This document shows positions 1-9,725 of a stretch of DNA of 21,222 bases, piece by piece. A program made the translations under genes and the position numbers. This stretch comes from Calditrichia bacterium (GTDB lineage Bacteria; Calditrichota; Calditrichia; RBG-13-44-9; J075): positions 60,900 to 82,121 of the forward strand of contig JBOEGD010000007.1 of assembly GCA_050633245.1 (NCBI GenBank). The letters run 5' to 3'. Every line of letters begins with the position of its first letter. Position 1 is the stretch's first letter. Under the pieces are notes generated by a model, which was not told where the DNA came from, ran no database searches, and worked only from the letters and a program-made list of their open reading frames with translations.

Positions 1-35
1 TGCCGTCTGTTCTCTGCCGTCTGTTCTCTGCCGTC
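1..35. repeat. Tandem heptamer array (TGCCGTC/TGTTCTC alternating; 14-bp period), truncated by the window edge
   Basis: TGCCGTC TGTTCTC TGCCGTC TGTTCTC TGCCGTC, 2 nt past the hmgA stop codon. Confidence 0.95.
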
Positions 36-37
36 TT

Positions 38-1198
38 TTATTGATCCAGCCAGGATTTGTAGTAATGCCCATCATCCAGCTTTATTGCAGCCTCAGTTAC
101 CATTAATGGACGAAAGGTATCAATCATTACTGCCAGTTCCCCGGTTTCCTTCTTTCCAATACTACCTTCATATGTGCCGGGATGTGGGCCATGTGGAATT
201 CCACCCGGATGCAGAGTTATGAATCCTTTTTCCACATGTTTGCGACTCATGAAATCGCCATCTACATAATAGAGCATCTCATCGGAATCGATATTGGAGT
301 GGTTATAGGGCGCCGGTATGGCACGCGGGTGATAGTCATACATCCGTGGACAGAAGGAACAGATTACGTAAGCGCTCGTCTCAAAGGTTTGATGAACCGG
401 GGGCGGCTGATGAACACGTCCGGTGATTGGCTCAAAATTATGGATCGAGAATCCATAAGGAAAGTTATACCCATCCCAGCCAATTACGTCAAATGGATGC
501 GTTGCATAAACTAACTCGTGCAGAAACCCCTGTTTTTTAATTTTCATCAAAAACTCGCCGGTTTCATCGAAGGTCTCAAGCTGTGACGGCATTTTATAGT
601 CACGCTCGCAAAATGGAGAATGTTCCAGAAGCTGCCCGAACCAGTTGCGGTAGCGTTTCGGCGTATAAATCGGGTGAAACGATTCTGCATATAGAATGCG
701 ATTTTCTTCCGTTTCAAACTCAATCTGATAAATCATGCCGCGTGGGATAATCAGGTAATCACCGTATTCAAAATCGATCGTGCCCATCAGGCTGTGTAGC
801 GTACCTTTTCCCTGGTGAATAAACAGCATTTCATCGGCATCGGCATTTTTATAAAAGTAGCTGGTCATAGATTTTCGCGGCGCTGCAAGTCCGATATGAA
901 TATCGCTATTCACCAGCATTGGAACGCGGCTTTCCAGAAAATCATCAGCAGGTGGCAGATCAAATCCCTTCAGGAGGCGTGCCTGCATATTCTTCTCTAC
1001 TGCAATGGCTGGCGACATATCGATCGATTTACCAATCTCACGAACCATTGTTGGTCTATGCAAATGATACATCAATGAAGACATCCCATCGAATCCAATT
1101 GTTCCAAAAAGCTGCTCGTTGTAGAGACTGCCATCTGGCTTCTCGAAAATAGTATGGCGCTTTGCCGGTACCTTGCCCAGACGATGATATATTGGCAT
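38..1198 (-). CDS. hmgA: Homogentisate 1,2-dioxygenase
   Basis: 386 aa with HGD motifs FYKNADADEML, HPFDVIGWDG, HQPPPVHQTF, PYNHSNIDSDE (Fe ligands His/Glu) and HPGGIPHGP. RBS AGGAGA upstream; follows fahA. Confidence 0.96.
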   Translation of the reverse strand: MPIYHRLGKVPAKRHTIFEKPDGSLYNEQLFGTIGFDGMSSLMYHLHRPTMVREIGKSIDMSPAIAVEKNMQARLLKGFDLPPADDFLESRVPMLVNSDIHIGLAAPRKSMTSYFYKNADADEMLFIHQGKGTLHSLMGTIDFEYGDYLIIPRGMIYQIEFETEENRILYAESFHPIYTPKRYRNWFGQLLEHSPFCERDYKMPSQLETFDETGEFLMKIKKQGFLHELVYATHPFDVIGWDGYNFPYGFSIHNFEPITGRVHQPPPVHQTFETSAYVICSFCPRMYDYHPRAIPAPYNHSNIDSDEMLYYVDGDFMSRKHVEKGFITLHPGGIPHGPHPGTYEGSIGKKETGELAVMIDTFRPLMVTEAAIKLDDGHYYKSWLDQ

Positions 1199-1232
1199 GC
1201 TATCTCCTTTGGTTTTGTTCTACTATAGTTTT

Positions 1233-2486
1233 TTAAACATCGGCATTTATGGCAGGAAGAATTTTTCCGCTTACATCACCCAAACCAATACGATAACCAT
1301 TGCCCTGTGCCCACCCTCTTAGCGTTAACGTGTCTCCATCGAGCAGAAACTTGCGTTCTTCGCCATTGGGAAGCTGGATTGGCTTGCTGCCACGCCAGGT
1401 TAATTCAAGCAGTGAACCATAGGAGTCTGGCGTTTCACCGCTGATTGTCCCCGAGGCCAACAGGTCTGCCGGGCGCATATTGCAACCATTCATGGTATGA
1501 TGAGCCAGCTGCTGCACCATATTCCAATACATGTATTTATAGTTCGAGCGAGAGATAACAAACGGCTCGCTTAGCGACTCTGTCTGTAACAATACTTCGA
1601 GCTGAATATCGTAGGTCCAATTGTCCTCATACTGCAGATACGGCAGCGGTTCCGGGTCGGTCTGCTTCGGTCCGGGAATACGAAATTCATCCAGAGCTTC
1701 CAGGGTAACAACCCACGGAGAAATTGACGTTCCCACATTCTTGGCAAGAAATGGTCCCAACGGCACATATTCCCACTTCTGCACATCTCTTGCACTCCAG
1801 TCATTCACCAATACCAGGCCAAAGATATGCTCGGGTGCTTTAGCCGTAGAAATAGTTGAACCATGGGCATTACCGGGACCAATAAAAAAGCCCATCTCAA
1901 GCTCAAAGTCGAATAAGCGGCTTGGGCCATAAACTGGCGGTTTGGCATCATCCGGGCGGGTCTGTCCATTGGGACGATGAATAGGTGTTCCACTGACGAC
2001 AACCGAGCTGGCACGTCCGTGATACCCCACAGGCACGTGAAGCCAGTTAGGCAACAACGCATTATCCGGGTCGCGGAACATTGTTCCGACATTCGTTGCG
2101 TGCTGACGGGATGAATAAAAGTCGGTATAATCACCAATTTCTGCCGGAAGGTGCATCGTAACGCTCTCCATAGGCAGCAATGCTTTTGCCCGTAAGTCCA
2201 TATCATCACGCAATGTAGCATTATCCGCACTTAACAAACGCTGAATGTCTGCACGAATGCGCTTCCACTCTTTCCGTCCTGCTTCCATAAACACATTTAA
2301 TGAAGATCTGTTAAAATAGTCCCCATTCAACATGCCGGAGGATTCAAGAAACGCGAGATCGAGAACATAACCTCCAATTGCAACGCCAACGCGTCTTGTT
2401 TTGTTTTCTGAAGTGCTAAAGATTCCGTAGGGAAGATTCTGGATTGGAAAGGGATGCTCGTTTGAATATTCAATAAAGGAAGTCAC
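1233..2486 (-). CDS. fahA: Fumarylacetoacetase
   Basis: Motifs [73 protein letters not shown]. Start reassigned from TTG 2570 to GTG 2486 (GAGGT RBS 6 nt upstream; the longer N-terminus would run through the promoter). Confidence 0.96.
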   Translation of the reverse strand: MTSFIEYSNEHPFPIQNLPYGIFSTSENKTRRVGVAIGGYVLDLAFLESSGMLNGDYFNRSSLNVFMEAGRKEWKRIRADIQRLLSADNATLRDDMDLRAKALLPMESVTMHLPAEIGDYTDFYSSRQHATNVGTMFRDPDNALLPNWLHVPVGYHGRASSVVVSGTPIHRPNGQTRPDDAKPPVYGPSRLFDFELEMGFFIGPGNAHGSTISTAKAPEHIFGLVLVNDWSARDVQKWEYVPLGPFLAKNVGTSISPWVVTLEALDEFRIPGPKQTDPEPLPYLQYEDNWTYDIQLEVLLQTESLSEPFVISRSNYKYMYWNMVQQLAHHTMNGCNMRPADLLASGTISGETPDSYGSLLELTWRGSKPIQLPNGEERKFLLDGDTLTLRGWAQGNGYRIGLGDVSGKILPAINADV

Positions 2487-2514
2487 CAGTTTACCTCGAT
2501 TAAGATGAACAATT

Positions 2515-2544
2515 AGATGTTGCAACAACTGTTGCCAAAACAAT
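2515..2544. promoter_or_regulatory. Candidate MarR operator(s) at the fahA transcription start
   Basis: Perfect palindrome TGTTGCAACA (2518-2527) plus a related copy TGTTGCCAAAACA starting at 2530, directly downstream of the predicted -10. Confidence 0.6.
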
Positions 2545-2570
2545 ATATAGAGCGCAAGATTGCTTTGCAA
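2542..2570 (-). promoter_or_regulatory. Sigma70-type promoter of fahA-hmgA
   Basis: Minus strand TTGCAA (2570-2565), 17-nt spacer, TATATT (2547-2542). Confidence 0.65.
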
Positions 2571-2608
2571 CCCTATTCCTGCAGTTATGGGGAATTGCGC
2601 CTTATTGC

Positions 2609-3049
2609 CTACATATTCTGAAAGTTTTTATAGAGCTGGTTTAATATTCGTAAGAAGGTGTCGTAATCTTTATCAGATAGGCCATCCCAACCATTGCTTC
2701 GTAATGCAAAAATAGCAGGAGCTATTTTATCCACTACTTCCCTACCCGAATCCGTGAGAAATACTTTATATCGTCTGCGATCACCAGCAAATCGCGAACG
2801 TTCAGTCAAACCTTTATCGCAAAGCAAGTCAACAATCCGTGAGACTGTGGGAGGATCCTTAAAACTTTCATCAGCGAGTTCTTTTTGAGATTGCCCATTG
2901 TTCTGATACAAACTGTGTAAAAGCACCCACTGTTCAGTTGTAATGTTTACGTTGTGCTCCTTAAACGTCTTCGAAAATACCAATCGAATTTGTTTAAGGG
3001 TGCGATCCATAAACGTTCCAAAGTGCTTACTGTCGTTTCTATCGCTCAT
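2609..3049 (-). CDS. MarR-family transcriptional regulator (probable repressor of fahA-hmgA)
   Basis: Winged HTH pattern ITTEQWVLL...SQKELA...[16 protein letters not shown]....DRR...VFLTDSG. ATG at 3049 preferred over GTG at 3076. Confidence 0.93.
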   Translation of the reverse strand: MSDRNDSKHFGTFMDRTLKQIRLVFSKTFKEHNVNITTEQWVLLHSLYQNNGQSQKELADESFKDPPTVSRIVDLLCDKGLTERSRFAGDRRRYKVFLTDSGREVVDKIAPAIFALRSNGWDGLSDKDYDTFLRILNQLYKNFQNM

Positions 3050-3103
3050 CAAGCGTCTGGACGAAGAAGAATCCACTCCTGTAGGATTTCATAAAGATTT
3101 GTC

Positions 3104-3138
3104 TGATGCAACATACCGTTTCATGCAACAAAAATCAA
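3104..3138 (-). promoter_or_regulatory. Predicted marR promoter overlapped by two ATGCAACA boxes (autoregulation)
   Basis: Minus strand TTGATT (3138-3133), 17-nt spacer, TATGTT (3115-3110). TGATGCAACA (3104-3113) and TCATGCAACA (3121-3130) resemble the fahA palindrome. Confidence 0.5.
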
Positions 3139-3280
3139 TCATCAATCGCAATATCATTGTATAAAATTGTGTAAACAGTGCTTTGGTATTACTTGTGTTT
3201 TGGAGTGGATTGCTTTAAGTTTGATTGGCTCTACTATCAACTGGCAGATTGAGAATTAACCTGTAACACGTACTCGTATT

Positions 3281-4588
3281 TTGCAGAGACCTGATCCTTC
3301 AAGTATTCCGCACGTGGTATTTATTAACTACTACTTTCCCCCAATGGGTGGTGGAGGGGTTCAGCGTATTGTGAAATTTTTAAAGTTTCATAATCCCAAG
3401 CGCTTTAATGCTACCATTCTTACGGTGAAGCCAAGCTACTTCTACTCCGAAGACAATACGCTTGCAGCAGAGCTGCCGAAAGATTTGCCGGTCGTTTATT
3501 CAGGTTCGCTCGATCCTTTTCGCTTGCTGAAACTATTGCATAAAGGCCCCTCGGAAGATTCCCCTACCAATGAGAGTGGAGGTCTCTTAAGACGTATTGC
3601 CGGCTGGTTGTTTATTCCGGATTCGAGAATTCTTTGGCTGCCGTTTGCCGTTGCAAAAATCTGGTGGCTCAACCGCAGCCAGCCCATCGATTTACTGGTT
3701 GCAAGCATGCCGCCCTTTACTGCAGGTCTGATAGCCCGTATTGCTGCAAGAATGTGCAACATTCCCTATGTATTAGATTTTCGAGATGCATGGACAAATA
3801 ATCCCTATCTGCCCGAGCCAACAAAGCTTCACATGCGAATCAACAAGAAGCTGGAAAGCAGCGTACTGCAGCATTCAACCGGCACAGTATTCGTAAACCC
3901 GTACTTAAGCCGCTACTATCGACGTCATTATCATGATATCACTCAAAAGCCCACAATCACTCTGCGCAATGGTTTCGACCCGGATGACTTTAAGTCCATC
4001 CCGGAAAAGCCGGAAGCCGGCCTGACTACGCTTTGCATTATGGGAACGATCTATTCACAAGGAAATCGCCCAACAACTCTGATCCGAGCCTTAGAACGAT
4101 TGCATATTGCTGAGCCGGATCTCGCCATGCGCTTTCGCCTGCGTTTTATCGGGAAGTGGGTTCCGGAGTTCTATGAGGAAGTGCAGCGCAGTCCAATAAA
4201 AGATCTGGTTACATGGACGCCCTATTTACCGCACCGCATTGCTTTGCAGGAAGCGGCAAAAGCGCAACTGCTTGGCCTTGCCCTCGAAAGTAACCTGGAA
4301 GGAAGCGCAGATGTTACACCCGGTCGAATCTACGAGTATCTTCGCATGAGACGTCCTATTCTGGCAATGTGCAATCCTAACGGCGATCTGGCAGATTTAA
4401 TACGTAATGCCAAAGCCGGAGCCGTCGTAGACTATTCTGATGTAGATGGGATTGCCGAAACTCTATGGAACTGGATTTATTCAGCGGAATCGAAAGCAGG
4501 ATATACGTTCAAGGGACTTGATGTTTTTTCGAGAAAGACACAGGCTGAAGAGCTGGAAGAGTTTATTCTGGAAGTTTTACAGACTTAA
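3281..4588 (+). CDS. Glycosyltransferase, GT4 / group 1 (GT-B fold)
   Basis: N-terminal YYFPPMGGGGVQR, IPDSRILW, PYVLDFRDAW, LRNGFDPDDF and C-terminal PGRIYEYL..RRPILA. The TTG start is uncertain. Confidence 0.9.
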   Translation: MQRPDPSSIPHVVFINYYFPPMGGGGVQRIVKFLKFHNPKRFNATILTVKPSYFYSEDNTLAAELPKDLPVVYSGSLDPFRLLKLLHKGPSEDSPTNESGGLLRRIAGWLFIPDSRILWLPFAVAKIWWLNRSQPIDLLVASMPPFTAGLIARIAARMCNIPYVLDFRDAWTNNPYLPEPTKLHMRINKKLESSVLQHSTGTVFVNPYLSRYYRRHYHDITQKPTITLRNGFDPDDFKSIPEKPEAGLTTLCIMGTIYSQGNRPTTLIRALERLHIAEPDLAMRFRLRFIGKWVPEFYEEVQRSPIKDLVTWTPYLPHRIALQEAAKAQLLGLALESNLEGSADVTPGRIYEYLRMRRPILAMCNPNGDLADLIRNAKAGAVVDYSDVDGIAETLWNWIYSAESKAGYTFKGLDVFSRKTQAEELEEFILEVLQT

Positions 4589-7324
4589 ACCGAGCAGCAT
4601 ATCATATTCCCGTGACTCTTCTAATTGTTGGCGTAAAATGTCATCCCCAACTGCATTAAGCAGCTTTTCAAAGGCCTCGTGCGCTTGCGCAATGCGCTGC
4701 TCAAGAAGGGTGGCATTGCCCTGTTCCTTTGCAAGCGCAGCTAAATCCCTCACGACCAGAAACTCAAAATGCGGCAAACGAAAATTATGTGAACGCTCGA
4801 ATGCTTCATTTAGCTTAGGTTCTGCTTTCTCTAAATTTCCCTTCTTCATCGCAACCCGTCCCGTCAGCCAGAGAGCCAGGTTTTCAAATTTTGCTATCCC
4901 GGCACACTGTTCTTCCCAAAAGCCAACAACATCCCCGGCCTTTTCGAGATCATTTGCCTCTAAATGATAACAAACCAGATAGAAGATATAGTTCAATTTA
5001 TCAAGGGAATGATCAAGTAGGTTTACGTACGCCTTTGCATTAAACAGATAGCTTTTTGCCTGATCCAATCGCGCATGTTGCATTTCGTAGGATGCTAAAA
5101 AGAGCGAAGTCTGTAACAGCAACTCCTCTTCACTATGTTCCTTTGCCCAGGCATGAGCACCATTCAGCAGCTCTCCGGCACGAACAAAGCTTCTTACCAA
5201 CATGTGAATATGGCCCAGGTGTGAATGAATCAGATACTTTTCGCTATGCTGTTCGAGTTCAGCGGCCAAACTTGCGGCATCGGAGAGATATTGCAGCGCG
5301 TTGCCGTAGTGAGCGAGTTCTTTTTCAACAATGCCAACCTTGAAAAGCAGGCTGAGCGTGATTTGTCTGCTGGTAAGCAAAAGCGGTGTTTGCAGCAGAT
5401 CCAACAGATGGGACCGCGATAAATACCATTTGCCGAGATAGGCATAAATTTCCGCCAAATATAGCTTCAGCTGTAACCGCGTCGAACTATCGGAAGTGCG
5501 ATGATTTCTATATAGCAGAATAACTTCCGGTAAGGCCTCTGCATATTTATTTTTATGGAGCAGCCTGCGCACTTCTTCCAGGCGCGATAGCACATAGTAT
5601 TTTTTGTCGGAGTGGAATACCGAACGTGCTTTTTCAGTAAGAGCAACAATATCTTTTTCACGATTCTCTTCAGAATAACAGCGCAACAGCGTCTCGTATA
5701 TTCGGTAAGATAATGCCTCATCACCTATTTTAGGCATGTGCGAAGCCGCCTTTTCATAATGCCTTATAGCATAGGCCGAATTACCGGAATACCGCTCGAC
5801 CTTGCCGCTTAGCAAGCTCGCCAGTGCCTGAGCTTCAGGCTGGGTAAAGGCTTTAATCTTGATATCTTGCAGTAAATAACGTGCTTCAGAATAGCCATCC
5901 ATTTCAATCAAAACATCTGCCATATTCAGTGTGGCATAAACCCACTCTGTCGGAAAATCACGATGCAGCTTTTCACGAAGCTCTCTAAACGACTCAAAGG
6001 CATTTTCAAAAAGTCCTAACTGACGCTGCAGCTCTCCGCTTTCGCGCAAAATGTCACGCATATCAATATCGGAATCCGGATCGCGAAACAAATTTCGGCG
6101 CAGAAATCCATATCGCTCCAGGGCTCGGTTCGTCTGTCCGGTTTCGCGAAATCTGCGCGCCTCTCGCAGCGCATAAGCAAGAGACTCGCTGCTTTTACCG
6201 ACATCAAAAAGCTGATCTGAAACCTGGTATGGCAATGCCATTGCACGCGACGCGGCCTCCGGGCCAAAGTATTCCAACGGCTTCCTGAGTTCAGAGATTG
6301 CTGTTTGGTGTCGTAGGAATTGCCTCAGCTTTTGCCATCTGATATTAACAAAGCGTTGATCGAAAAAAGCTTCTCTTACAATCAATTCGTTGTGGAACAG
6401 CTTATCAATTTCCAACGCATCGATGTTAAGATGTTCAGCCAGAAGGTCAAATTCTTCCTCTGGAAAAGGGTCTTCCATTCGGCTCAGGAAAGCGACAAGT
6501 TCGGTAATTCCATTTCCAGCATGTTGGAACAAACTCTGAAAGATGTCTTCCAAAGATGAGCTGGCCTGAATATTCTGCAATTCTCCGCTGGTTACCAAAC
6601 TTACCGGATCTTTGGTGTATAAGGAATGATAGAACGCTTCTACCATACAGCGAATTTTTCGTTCATTGCCGTCAGATTTTATGTGCACAAAGTTGGTAAT
6701 TAATCGCGCAGTAATGTTGTTCATCTCGAGTTCGTCAACCAGAAGCATTTCCGTTTCCTTCACCGAGAGTTTATTCAGCGAAAACGTATCGGTACTTAAC
6801 TCGGCGTGCAACGCGTCATTGCTTGATGTTGCGGTAGTAATAATAAGAACAGGCAGGTTCTTGCTTTCCTGCAGAATGCGAATAAGGGAGCGCGCTTCTT
6901 TGCTTTGAGCACTCCGGAGACCGTGAAGAATACAAATTGACGCGTTTTCTTTGCCAAGATCGCGCAAAAAATCAGCGAGCAGGTTCTCCATCCAAGCAGC
7001 ATCCGATGGACGCTCCAGCACGTTCGAAATCATTTTGATCAGGGGAAGAGATTGTCGGTTCTGGTAAGCAGTAAATTCATTGGGAAACCGCTGCACCAGG
7101 TATTTAAACAGCCCGGCGATTGTGAAGTGTTTATCGAAAGCCGAGATCGCGAAATCAAACTCGAATATCAAACGGGCATTTTCTATTTGGGAGGCCATAT
7201 TTCTGGCAAATCGACGTTTTCCAGCACCCTCGGCGGCATCAATATTTAGCCAAAATGTTCCCCGGCCATTCCACTTGGCCAAACGAGATATAACGTGATC
7301 AAATTCCCTCTGATGCAACATCAC
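4577..7324 (-). CDS. Large protein with a degenerate STAND-type (AAA_16/MalT-like) NTPase followed by TPR-like repeats; function unknown
   Basis: Walker A-like AAEGAGKRR, Walker B-like ICILHGL, LNKLSVKETEMLL, SDGNE at the GNP position, and many helical A/L/Y-rich repeats. Start likely GTG 7324 or ATG 7321 (AGGGGA RBS) rather than 7396. The 3' end overlaps the GT4 gene by 12 nt. Confidence 0.75.
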   Translation of the reverse strand: MMLHQREFDHVISRLAKWNGRGTFWLNIDAAEGAGKRRFARNMASQIENARLIFEFDFAISAFDKHFTIAGLFKYLVQRFPNEFTAYQNRQSLPLIKMISNVLERPSDAAWMENLLADFLRDLGKENASICILHGLRSAQSKEARSLIRILQESKNLPVLIITTATSSNDALHAELSTDTFSLNKLSVKETEMLLVDELEMNNITARLITNFVHIKSDGNERKIRCMVEAFYHSLYTKDPVSLVTSGELQNIQASSSLEDIFQSLFQHAGNGITELVAFLSRMEDPFPEEEFDLLAEHLNIDALEIDKLFHNELIVREAFFDQRFVNIRWQKLRQFLRHQTAISELRKPLEYFGPEAASRAMALPYQVSDQLFDVGKSSESLAYALREARRFRETGQTNRALERYGFLRRNLFRDPDSDIDMRDILRESGELQRQLGLFENAFESFRELREKLHRDFPTEWVYATLNMADVLIEMDGYSEARYLLQDIKIKAFTQPEAQALASLLSGKVERYSGNSAYAIRHYEKAASHMPKIGDEALSYRIYETLLRCYSEENREKDIVALTEKARSVFHSDKKYYVLSRLEEVRRLLHKNKYAEALPEVILLYRNHRTSDSSTRLQLKLYLAEIYAYLGKWYLSRSHLLDLLQTPLLLTSRQITLSLLFKVGIVEKELAHYGNALQYLSDAASLAAELEQHSEKYLIHSHLGHIHMLVRSFVRAGELLNGAHAWAKEHSEEELLLQTSLFLASYEMQHARLDQAKSYLFNAKAYVNLLDHSLDKLNYIFYLVCYHLEANDLEKAGDVVGFWEEQCAGIAKFENLALWLTGRVAMKKGNLEKAEPKLNEAFERSHNFRLPHFEFLVVRDLAALAKEQGNATLLEQRIAQAHEAFEKLLNAVGDDILRQQLEESREYDMLLGLSL

Positions 7325-7407
7325 AATGCTGATTCCCCTATTGATACACGCCTTACAAATCGCTTCAATTGAATGGCGCGATTTGAATGAATACATCTGA
7401 TTGATTT

Positions 7408-8097
7408 TTAAGTGTAGAGCGTTCCCGTTCGCCCGGTCGCAGAGGCAACAACTTCGTGCAACCCTTTTACTGCAGCTCTACGATCTTTCTTACCAAATAT
7501 TGCGCTGCCAGCAACCAGGTAATCTGCACCGGCCTCATATACCAGCGGGGCAGTACGCATATCTACTCCCCCATCCACTTCGATAACAAAAGATAACCGT
7601 CTATTGCGACGCATTTCATCCAGCGCACGAATTTTCTCGAGAGAAGCCTCGATAAAACTTTGACCACCAAAACCGGGATTAACGCTCATGATCAGCACCA
7701 AGTCCACATCGTCTAATATCCACTTCAATGTATCCAGCGAGGTTGCAGGGTTTACCGCCACCCCCACCTTCACATTGTGCGAACGAATGAGATCGAGACT
7801 GCGATGCAGATGTCTTGTTGCTTCCTGATGAATGGTTATGATATCTGCGCCGGCTTCAGCAAAAAGCGGGGTGTATAAATCGACCTGGTCGATCATTAAA
7901 TGCACATCAAGCATATATGAAGTATTAGCCTTTAGAGAAGCGACTACCTTCGGTCCAAACGTAATATTGGGGACAAAGTGTCCATCCATAACATCGATAT
8001 GTAAACTGTCAATTTGATCGCCGGTGGATGCCACTTCTTCCAAAAAACGACCGTGGTCGGCGGCAAGAATAGACGGAAGTAGCTTAAAATTGGCCAT
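7408..8097 (-). CDS. rpe: Ribulose-phosphate 3-epimerase
   Basis: Motifs PSILAAD, HIDVMDGHFVPNITFG, DVHLMI, MSVNPGFGGQSFI, EVDGG, VAGSAIF. ATG at 8097. Confidence 0.97.
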   Translation of the reverse strand: MANFKLLPSILAADHGRFLEEVASTGDQIDSLHIDVMDGHFVPNITFGPKVVASLKANTSYMLDVHLMIDQVDLYTPLFAEAGADIITIHQEATRHLHRSLDLIRSHNVKVGVAVNPATSLDTLKWILDDVDLVLIMSVNPGFGGQSFIEASLEKIRALDEMRRNRRLSFVIEVDGGVDMRTAPLVYEAGADYLVAGSAIFGKKDRRAAVKGLHEVVASATGRTGTLYT

Positions 8098-8111
8098 GAA
8101 CAATCCGCTAT

Positions 8112-8906
8112 CTAGTTTTGATAATCCGGTTGCTGGTCGGTACTGACAACCAGATCGATGCTTTTTAAATCGCGGAGATTTGTTCCACCCGGGATAGACT
8201 GCGAAACAACAGTGTTCGGTACGAGTCGTGGTTGATACTGCATTCGAATCGCATTCACATCAACACCCAGAACGGAAAGCTCTTCGCGAACATTATTCAG
8301 TGTTTTGCCAACCAGGTTGGGCAGCGTACGCTGCGATGGTGGCGGGCCAAGGCTTAAAACAATATTTATCTCCGTTCGCTGTGATACCAGATCTCCCGGT
8401 AGTTCAGACTGAGAAATAACTGTTCCTTTATAGGGGTGCGCTCTGGAAAACTGCTCCACTATTCTACCCAACTTCAACCCCAGCTCTTTGAGCTTGAACT
8501 CAGCGTTTTGCTTGGTCATTGTTGTAAGGTTGGGCATGTAGATTGGTTTTTCACCATTGCTTTTTACGAGATAAACACGTCGCCCTTTTTTTACCGTCGA
8601 AAAGGACTGTGGGTTTTGCCTGACAATAATACCAGTGGGACGATCCGAATCAAATACAGAGTCCTGAATGATGGGAATAAATCCACTGCCTTCCAGAATA
8701 TCGATGGCTTCATCCAGTGTCTTTTCAGTCACATCAGGCAGCTCATATTCTTTCCCGAGCCGGGTATACCAAGGCATCGCTAAAAAATCCATGAACAAAG
8801 TAAAAACAAGCATCAGTGCAAATAACGTAAGCGATTTTTGCCACCAGCGCATAGCGAGGAATTTTTGCCAGGCTGTTGAGTCTTTAATTTTTTGCAAAAA
8901 ATTCAT
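8112..8906 (-). CDS. Membrane-anchored PASTA-domain protein (three PASTA repeats, no kinase or PBP domain)
   Basis: One N-terminal TM, then three repeats beginning LPDVTEKT, MPNLTTMT and LPNLVGKT, each with a G/N-x-(I/V)-(I/V)-x-Q motif. Confidence 0.9.
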   Translation of the reverse strand: MNFLQKIKDSTAWQKFLAMRWWQKSLTLFALMLVFTLFMDFLAMPWYTRLGKEYELPDVTEKTLDEAIDILEGSGFIPIIQDSVFDSDRPTGIIVRQNPQSFSTVKKGRRVYLVKSNGEKPIYMPNLTTMTKQNAEFKLKELGLKLGRIVEQFSRAHPYKGTVISQSELPGDLVSQRTEINIVLSLGPPPSQRTLPNLVGKTLNNVREELSVLGVDVNAIRMQYQPRLVPNTVVSQSIPGGTNLRDLKSIDLVVSTDQQPDYQN

Positions 8907-9010
8907 ATCGTATCGGATCTCAGTTAATGTGTCTTTTCAGTCTACCCGGGGCACGCGCTAAAGATAACAGGCAATTGACTATAAACCTATAATTTAGCAA
9001 AAAAGCTGGC

Positions 9011-9472
9011 TTAATTTCGCGGTCTTTTACGGTCGTGGCTATCGATAAGAATGGTAACCGGCCCATCATTGCGAATATCGACTACCATATGCGCACCAAA
9101 AACGCCGGCTTCTACCGAAACACCTAATTCGCGCAGCTGCTTCATAAAGTATTCGTAAAGTCGATTCGCGGTGTCGGGGGAAGCGGCATCGATAAAGCTC
9201 GGGCGGCGACCTCTGCGGGTATCGGCAAAAAGCGTGAACTGTGAAATTGCCAGAACGGCTCCGTTCACGTCTAACAAACTACGGTTCATCTTCCCATCAT
9301 CATCATTGAAAACACGAAGATGAGTAATTTTTTCCGCAAGGTAAGAGGCATCTGTTTCATCGTCATCGTGCCCAACGCCGAGTAAGACGACATAACCAAG
9401 ATCAATCTGTCCGGTGATGGCATCATCTACCGTAACTTTACCCGAAGTGACGCGCTGTAGGATTGCTTTCAT
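9011..9472 (-). CDS. dtd: D-aminoacyl-tRNA deacylase
   Basis: [25 protein letters not shown] and NDGPVT (Gly-cisPro motif). Confidence 0.97.
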   Translation of the reverse strand: MKAILQRVTSGKVTVDDAITGQIDLGYVVLLGVGHDDDETDASYLAEKITHLRVFNDDDGKMNRSLLDVNGAVLAISQFTLFADTRRGRRPSFIDAASPDTANRLYEYFMKQLRELGVSVEAGVFGAHMVVDIRNDGPVTILIDSHDRKRPRN

Positions 9473-9484
9473 ATTCTTAAAAGA

Positions 9485-9536
9485 GGTTCAAAGTTCTGAG
9501 TTCAAGGTTTAAAAAAGTGAAACGTGAAACGTGAAA
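9485..9536. repeat. Two adjacent heptamer arrays
   Basis: GGTTCAA AGTTCTG AGTTCAA GGTTTAA (9485-9512) and AGTGAAA CGTGAAA CGTGAAA (9516-9536). Confidence 0.85.
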
Positions 9537-9633
9537 AAGCAATTAGGCAATTTACTCAGAGGTTGATTATTCCTCAGCACTTCTTACTGTCTTTTCTGCC
9601 CTATTGCATCCGTGCTCTGATTTTGCTATAGCG

Positions 9634-9657
9634 AGACGCGAAGCATCGCGTCTTTAC
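9634..9657 (-). repeat. REP-like palindrome (GTAG-family variant, GTAA tag)
   Basis: AGACGCGA-AGCA-TCGCGTCT perfect 8-bp stem; the minus strand reads GTAA-AGACGCGATGCTTCGCGTCT. Confidence 0.6.
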
Positions 9658-9683
9658 ATTGCCGTGAGTTGATTGCCGTCTTT

Positions 9684-9725
9684 TCTCCCACTCTCCCGCT
9701 CTCCCGCTCTCCCGCTCTCCCGCTC
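9684..9725. repeat. Octamer tandem repeat (TCTCCCGC)x5
   Basis: TCTCCCAC followed by four TCTCCCGC copies and TC, 12 nt beyond the dnaE stop. Confidence 0.95.

Noticed and set aside
2487-2570. 28-aa N-terminal extension of FahA in the ORF track
   Set aside because: It overlaps the predicted promoter and operators; the GTG at 2486 has a good RBS and gives a typical N-terminus.
7310-7321. CTGATGCAACAT, identical to a box in the marR promoter
   Set aside because: It is the coding sequence ATG TTG CAT CAG of the STAND-TPR gene, a single copy with no functional link; likely chance.
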